DNA from: a bacterium
Lineage (GTDB): Bacteria; Vulcanimicrobiota; JABDET01
Assembly (NCBI GenBank): GCA_021800275.1
Contig: JAJYZB010000003.1
Location: 680-64,679, forward strand
Direction of reading: 5' to 3'
DNA length: 64,000 bases
In this document: positions 59,382-64,000 of the stretch, in pieces
How positions within the stretch are numbered: position 1 is the stretch's first letter
How the letters are laid out: each line of letters begins with the position of its first letter
Program-made: the position numbers and the translations under genes
The notes under the pieces: model-generated
The model's input: only the letters and a program-made list of their open reading frames with translations
Databases searched by the model: none
Told to the model about the DNA's origin: nothing

Positions 59382-60689
59382 TCAGTTTTTCAATCTTCCC
59401 AGGAGAGATGCTCTCTCCCTAGACAGCACAATCAGATGCTCTGTTTTCATTCGGTTGTCAGAAATTCCAGTGGCGGGATTAGTTTTGTATAAAAACATGG
59501 AACGGGAAACAATGGTGTCAACCAGAGTGATTTCATGTTTCCAGCCCAAAGAAGTGAAATGCTCGCGGAAAATCTGGCTCATTGGAATGGCATTTCCTCT
59601 GACATTGGCAGGTCCCACAAAAAGCAGCAGATATTTTCTAATTTTTTCCTGGAGAGAATTCAAAATTCCAAAGACACCGTAAAAATACCGCTTAAACATT
59701 TTTTGCAGATGAGCCTCATCAATTCCATTTAAACATTCATCATACGTTGGAGAATGAATCTGGACAACGGGCACATCCCTATAAGGAATCTCTTTTTTCC
59801 CCAAATCCTTGATGAATTCTTCAGAATATCCCATCCAGAAAAGATCCATTTTGGTGGAACGAATATACTCTTGCGCTTGCAGATAAGGAGGAGACGTGAT
59901 GAGAATGTCAGACTCTTTCTCAGGGCTGGCTGCCAGCCCATCAACTGCTGATTGAATGACGCAGTCAACAGGTTGAGGATTTAAACTCTGATATTCTTTC
60001 AATTTCAATAAAATACTTAAATAGCCATTCCAGATCATTTTGTAAAAAATATTTTTCCAATCTTTCTCCAGCAGGGTTTCTATCCGTTTATCTGCCATTG
60101 GGGACCGAGACAATTTTAATCGTTTCTCGTCATTAAAAGAAAAATAATGGGTAGTCTTTAAAAGAGGAATAAGCAGCAGATTCTTAAGTCTCTGATCTTT
60201 CAACTGATGAAAATAGCCCCAGGCTTTTGAGAGCAGATCCAGACACTCTTCTGGATGCCAATAATTTAATGATCCCCAGTCAGGAACATAAGGTTTTGAA
60301 TTTTCCACCGCTTTTTTTAAATCAATCTTTTCTTCTTCTTGAGGGCTCATGACAGCAGCTGAATGGAAAAATTTTAAGAGAGGGTTTAAATCCCAGAGTT
60401 CATAAGGATTTCCGTAAATTCTTGAGACAATCCCGGTGGTTCCATATCCTGCAAATGGATCCATAATCCTCATTCCAGAAACCCCATACGTCTTCAAAGC
60501 ATAAGCAATAACTTGAGGTATGAATTTTGCGGGATACCTGTACAATCCGAAGGTAGCATAACTGGTAGAAGGAATCTCTGGGGAGAGGCTTCTAAAAAGG
60601 ACAGGAACTTCTTTAAAAGCAGGGTTCTCTAATAAAATCTCCTTTTGAGCAGGCTGCTGGGAAAAAGCCATTTGCGCTACTTTCATCAT
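59382..60689 (-). CDS. DNA methyltransferase, probably N4-cytosine
   Basis: YRYPAKF, DPFAGYGTT, ITSPPY. Confidence 0.85.
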   Translation of the reverse strand: MMKVAQMAFSQQPAQKEILLENPAFKEVPVLFRSLSPEIPSTSYATFGLYRYPAKFIPQVIAYALKTYGVSGMRIMDPFAGYGTTGIVSRIYGNPYELWDLNPLLKFFHSAAVMSPQEEEKIDLKKAVENSKPYVPDWGSLNYWHPEECLDLLSKAWGYFHQLKDQRLKNLLLIPLLKTTHYFSFNDEKRLKLSRSPMADKRIETLLEKDWKNIFYKMIWNGYLSILLKLKEYQSLNPQPVDCVIQSAVDGLAASPEKESDILITSPPYLQAQEYIRSTKMDLFWMGYSEEFIKDLGKKEIPYRDVPVVQIHSPTYDECLNGIDEAHLQKMFKRYFYGVFGILNSLQEKIRKYLLLFVGPANVRGNAIPMSQIFREHFTSLGWKHEITLVDTIVSRSMFLYKTNPATGISDNRMKTEHLIVLSRERASLLGRLKN

Positions 60690-60733
60690 GGTTTAGATCA
60701 CCTCCTTGTGGATATTTGGAAACAGCCCTCCAG

Positions 60734-60761
60734 CCATGCCTGCGGGAAACCGCAGGCATGG
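60734..60761. other. Perfect 12-bp hairpin with GAAA loop (+ strand)
   Basis: CCATGCCTGCGG-GAAA-CCGCAGGCATGG. Confidence 0.7.
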
Positions 60762-60861
60762 ACTTTTACGCTGCCTCTCAACGGAGAAACAATCCAATCT
60801 GACCCCTGCTGTGAGGCGGCGCCCCTTGAACCCTCTATTCAACTAATGTCTCTGCAGAACC

Positions 60862-61098
60862 TCACTCTGGAGGGCTGATCGTCTGCAGAGCTTCTTCAAA
60901 GGTCTGCTTCCATTCATTCAGCCGATCCGGGAAGATCAAAATTCGAGAGTTTGCCCAGTTCCCATCCGCGATTCGAGATTCGCTTAGAACCAGGTACTGA
61001 CTCCCGTTTTTTTCGGAGACCCGAACATCAATAAAATAGTTTCGGCTTTTCCCTCCCGAAATTCGTCGGGTGAAAAGCACTTTCCCATTTTCTGCCAT
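60862..61098 (-). CDS. PUR-alpha/DUF3276 family ssDNA/RNA-binding protein
   Basis: LFTRRISGGKSRNYFIDVR...YLVLSESR...RILIFPD; AAGGAGG RBS. Confidence 0.82.
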   Translation of the reverse strand: MAENGKVLFTRRISGGKSRNYFIDVRVSEKNGSQYLVLSESRIADGNWANSRILIFPDRLNEWKQTFEEALQTISPPE

Positions 61099-61269
61099 GA
61101 TTTTTCCTCCTTTCTTTCTGAAATACGCTTGCAGCTGTCAGAAGGGTGAGCAGAATGTCCATCCCCCTTCTGCAGCCAGAAGCAATTCATATTCTACAGC
61201 ATCCCCTGCAAAAAAGTGTCAAAAATGGGTATAAAGATAAACATCTAAAAAAATAAAATCCCTTGTCCA

Positions 61270-62304
61270 ATGAGAAAAAAAGAAGAATTTTTAAGATTTT
61301 TTTCGATGGCTTTAAGCGCTCTGCTTTCCGCAGGAGTCCCACTTTTAAAAAGCCTTCAGATTCTGGCAGCTCAGCAGGAAAGCGCAGCGTTTAAAAAAAC
61401 GCTGGAAGGGGTGGCAGAAAAAATCTCCCATGGAGAATCCCTGTCCAGAAGCATGGAACAGTATCCTTCCTATTTTCCTGGATTAATCACAGGACTTATC
61501 CTGATAGGAGAAAAAACAGGAACTCTTCCTCAAAATTTACAAAAAATAGCGAAAATCTGCGAAAAAAACCTGACACTGAAACTGAAAATGATTTCCGCTC
61601 TCACCTATCCTTTAATTTTATTTGGATTAACCATCCTTGGAACCATTTTATTAATAAAAGTTTTTGTCCCCCAGTTTGTTCCTGTTTTTGCGCAGAATCA
61701 AGGAGCCCTTCCATACCCGACCAGATTTCTGCTTTTTATTTCAAATCTTTTCTCTTCCTCTTTTTTCTGGATTTTTCTGCTCCTGCTGCTGGCATTTTCT
61801 ATTTTTCTGTACTCTTTGATTCAAGATTACAAAATTAATTTAGGCGCGATCCTGCTGTTTCTGCCTTTCATTCGAGAAATTGTTAAAAAAGGAACAGCCT
61901 GTCAAATAACCAGCACTCTATCTATCGCTTATTCTGCTGGTCTTCCTCTTTCAAAAGCTCTTGAACTGACAGCAGACATTCTAGATCATCCAACCTTTCA
62001 GGAGCTGATTCAGAACGCTCGATTGACTTTAATCAGAGGAGAAAAGCTTTCAAGCTTCTTTCTTGAAAATTCAAATTTGATCCCTTCTTATTTAGGACAC
62101 ATGATGGCTGCTGCTGAACAAACAGGAAGAGTGGATATTCTGATGACAAAGTGCACTAAAATTTTAGAAGAAGATCTCAGCTATCTTATGGACCAATTTT
62201 CCGCTCTTCTAGAACCTGGAATTTTAATTTTTATGGGTGGAATTGTAACTTTTATTATGCTGGCTGTTTTTCTCCCCATGTATGGGATACTTCATTCCAT
62301 CTAA
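61270..62304 (+). CDS. Type II secretion/type IV pilus platform protein (PilC/GspF)
   Basis: AGVPLLKSL, GEKTGTL, ALTYP, AEQTGR, LLEP, AVFLPMY. Confidence 0.9.
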   Translation: MRKKEEFLRFFSMALSALLSAGVPLLKSLQILAAQQESAAFKKTLEGVAEKISHGESLSRSMEQYPSYFPGLITGLILIGEKTGTLPQNLQKIAKICEKNLTLKLKMISALTYPLILFGLTILGTILLIKVFVPQFVPVFAQNQGALPYPTRFLLFISNLFSSSFFWIFLLLLLAFSIFLYSLIQDYKINLGAILLFLPFIREIVKKGTACQITSTLSIAYSAGLPLSKALELTADILDHPTFQELIQNARLTLIRGEKLSSFFLENSNLIPSYLGHMMAAAEQTGRVDILMTKCTKILEEDLSYLMDQFSALLEPGILIFMGGIVTFIMLAVFLPMYGILHSI

Positions 62305-62372
62305 AGAAAACTCATTCGTAAAAATACAACAAATAAAAGGGGAACTGCTGTTTTTTTTGAAACTGTTTCTGC

Positions 62373-64000
62373 ATGAAAAACTTACCTCTATTCCCAGAAG
62401 AGCCTCCAATTCCTGGAGCAGCACGAATTCCAGGAGCGATTTATAATCCAGGAAAGGGCTACTCTTTTACTGTTTGGGCTCCTTTTCTTGAAAAGGTGCA
62501 GGTTCACATTATTTCACCTGCCAATTCTTTTTACCCTATGCAGAAAGATGATTCAGGGTATTTTCACCTTTTTCTTGAAGACGCAAAACCAGGTTGGCTC
62601 TATCAATTTGCGCTAAACCGTGAAAAAGAGTACCCTGATCCCGCTTCTCGCTTGCAGCCTGAAGGGGTTCACGGACCCTCTCAAATTATTGATTTTAATT
62701 TCGAGTGGAAAGATAAAACCTGGAGAGGAATCCCTCTTGAAGATTACATTCTTTATGAACTTCATGTCGGAACCTTCAGCAGAGAGGGAACTTTTGAAGC
62801 CATTATTCCAAAACTCAAATACCTGAAAGATCTTGGGATTTCAGCCATTGAACTGATGCCAATTGCCCAGTTTCCAGGAGGAAGGAATTGGGGATATGAT
62901 GGGGTTTATCCTTATGCTGCTCAAAATACTTATGGAGGAGTTAAGGGATTAAAAAAACTGGTGAATGCCTGCCATCAAGCAGGATTAGCTGTCATTCTGG
63001 ATGTGGTTTACAATCATCTGGGACCCGAGGGAAATTACCTAGCTAATTTTGCTCCTTATTTTACCGATCATTATAAAACTCCCTGGGGGAAAGCGATCAA
63101 TTTTGATGGAGCTTACAGTGATGAAGTCCGTTATTATTTTATTCAAAATGCCCTTTACTGGATTAGGGACTGCCATTTAGATGGATTAAGATTGGATGCT
63201 CTTCATTCCATTGTAGATACGACAGCAAAACCATTTCTGGAAGAACTGGCTTCTGCTGTTCATGCAGAAGCTGAAAAACTAAACCGAAAAATTTATCTTT
63301 GGGCTGAAACCAGTTTAAATGATCCGAGATTAATTCTCCCAGTGGATAAAGGAGGATTTAATTTAGATGCGCAGTGGAATGATGATTTTCACCACTCCCT
63401 TCATACTTCTCTCACCCTAGAAAAAAACGGTTATTATGCTGATTTCCAAGGGATCCAAGACCTCGCAAAAGCTTTTCATCAAGGATATGTTTACACTGGG
63501 GAATATTCCCGTTTCAGGAAAAGGAAACATGGAAGATCCAGCAAACATATTCCCTTTAAAAAGTTTGTCGTTTTTTCTCAGAACCATGATCAGATAGGAA
63601 ACAGAATTTTAGGAGAGCGGCTGTCTCATCTGGTTCCATTTGAAAAACTAAAGTTAGCGGCTGCACTTGTTCTTCTTTCTCCTTTTATTCCTCTTTTCTT
63701 CATGGGGGAAGAATATGGAGAAACCGCTCCTTTTCAGTATTTTATCAGTCACCAGGATCCTGACTTAGTCCAGGCAGTAAGAAAGGGGAGAAAAGCTGAA
63801 TTCTCCTCATTTTCTTTTAAAGGAGAATTTCCAGATCCACAGCATGAAGAAACATTTCTAAAATGCAAATTGCATTTTGAACTTGCGGAAAAAGACAATC
63901 ATGCTGCACTCCTCAACTTTTACCGAAAAATGATACGCTTTAGAACAGAACATCTTCCTCTTAAAAAATTCCAAAAAACCGCCCAGAAAGTTTTCCTGCT
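62373..64000 (+). CDS. treZ: Malto-oligosyltrehalose trehalohydrolase (partial, runs off window end)
   Basis: Not in ORF track; hand translation gives FTVWAP, PDPASRLQPEGVHGPS, YELHVGTF, RNWGYDGV, DVVYNHLGPEGNY, GLRLDA, QWNDDFHH, QNHDQIGNR, FMGEEYGE. Confidence 0.93.
   Translation, partial: MKNLPLFPEEPPIPGAARIPGAIYNPGKGYSFTVWAPFLEKVQVHIISPANSFYPMQKDDSGYFHLFLEDAKPGWLYQFALNREKEYPDPASRLQPEGVHGPSQIIDFNFEWKDKTWRGIPLEDYILYELHVGTFSREGTFEAIIPKLKYLKDLGISAIELMPIAQFPGGRNWGYDGVYPYAAQNTYGGVKGLKKLVNACHQAGLAVILDVVYNHLGPEGNYLANFAPYFTDHYKTPWGKAINFDGAYSDEVRYYFIQNALYWIRDCHLDGLRLDALHSIVDTTAKPFLEELASAVHAEAEKLNRKIYLWAETSLNDPRLILPVDKGGFNLDAQWNDDFHHSLHTSLTLEKNGYYADFQGIQDLAKAFHQGYVYTGEYSRFRKRKHGRSSKHIPFKKFVVFSQNHDQIGNRILGERLSHLVPFEKLKLAAALVLLSPFIPLFFMGEEYGETAPFQYFISHQDPDLVQAVRKGRKAEFSSFSFKGEFPDPQHEETFLKCKLHFELAEKDNHAALLNFYRKMIRFRTEHLPLKKFQKTAQKVFL

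Noticed and set aside
59111-60713. Repeated CCTCCTTGTGGAT at ~59111 and ~60701 as att or target-site repeats
   Set aside because: Half of the 13-mer is the Shine-Dalgarno complement, so recurrence is weak evidence
1-64000. Many short ORF-track entries overlapping long genes (e.g. 14446..14859, 18809..19186, 31094..31423, 42351..42728, 59206..59682, 62620..62826)
   Set aside because: Antisense or alternate-frame shadows of well-supported genes, with no motifs
1-64000. CRISPR array, rRNA, IS transposase, integrase or prophage
   Set aside because: No regularly spaced repeats in the intergenic gaps and no ORF with the relevant motifs

Overview
A 64 kb, AT-rich (roughly 40% GC by eye) bacterial chromosomal segment, densely coding. 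Housekeeping genes include queA, gyrA, ispG, dGTPase, rodA, accC, pheS/pheT, aspartase and treZ (partial). It also holds a sugar-nucleotide/envelope cluster, a NarL-type two-component pair, a partial flagellar cluster (fliK-like, flhB-like, flgF, flgG, flgJ, fliA) and two PilC/GspF paralogues. The most notable features are: (1) a cysteine synthase-aminotransferase-JAB peptidase operon ending in a ubiquitin-like/E1/rhodanese polyprotein whose sulfur-carrier GG is buried internally; (2) a microcompartment shell gene and an encapsulation-peptide protein co-oriented with accC and a BCCP-like gene that has lost the biotinylated lysine; (3) a collapsed trp operon, with a trpE pseudogene and a trpD::DAHP-synthase deletion chimera; (4) a PqqD/RRE-like-M50 metalloprotease-HlyD fusion preceded by a candidate structured RNA; (5) a degenerate kinase-like domain fused to PilC; (6) a hicBA module bracketed by a direct repeat between an unannotated YqzL-like micro-ORF and pheS; (7) a defence island with MNT-HEPN, a Z1/SF2 helicase plus a small partner, a BsaWI-like endonuclease, a DCD-domain methyltransferase and a second methyltransferase. 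I saw no rRNA, intact tRNA, CRISPR array or transposase. All family calls come from motif recognition; no database searches were run.
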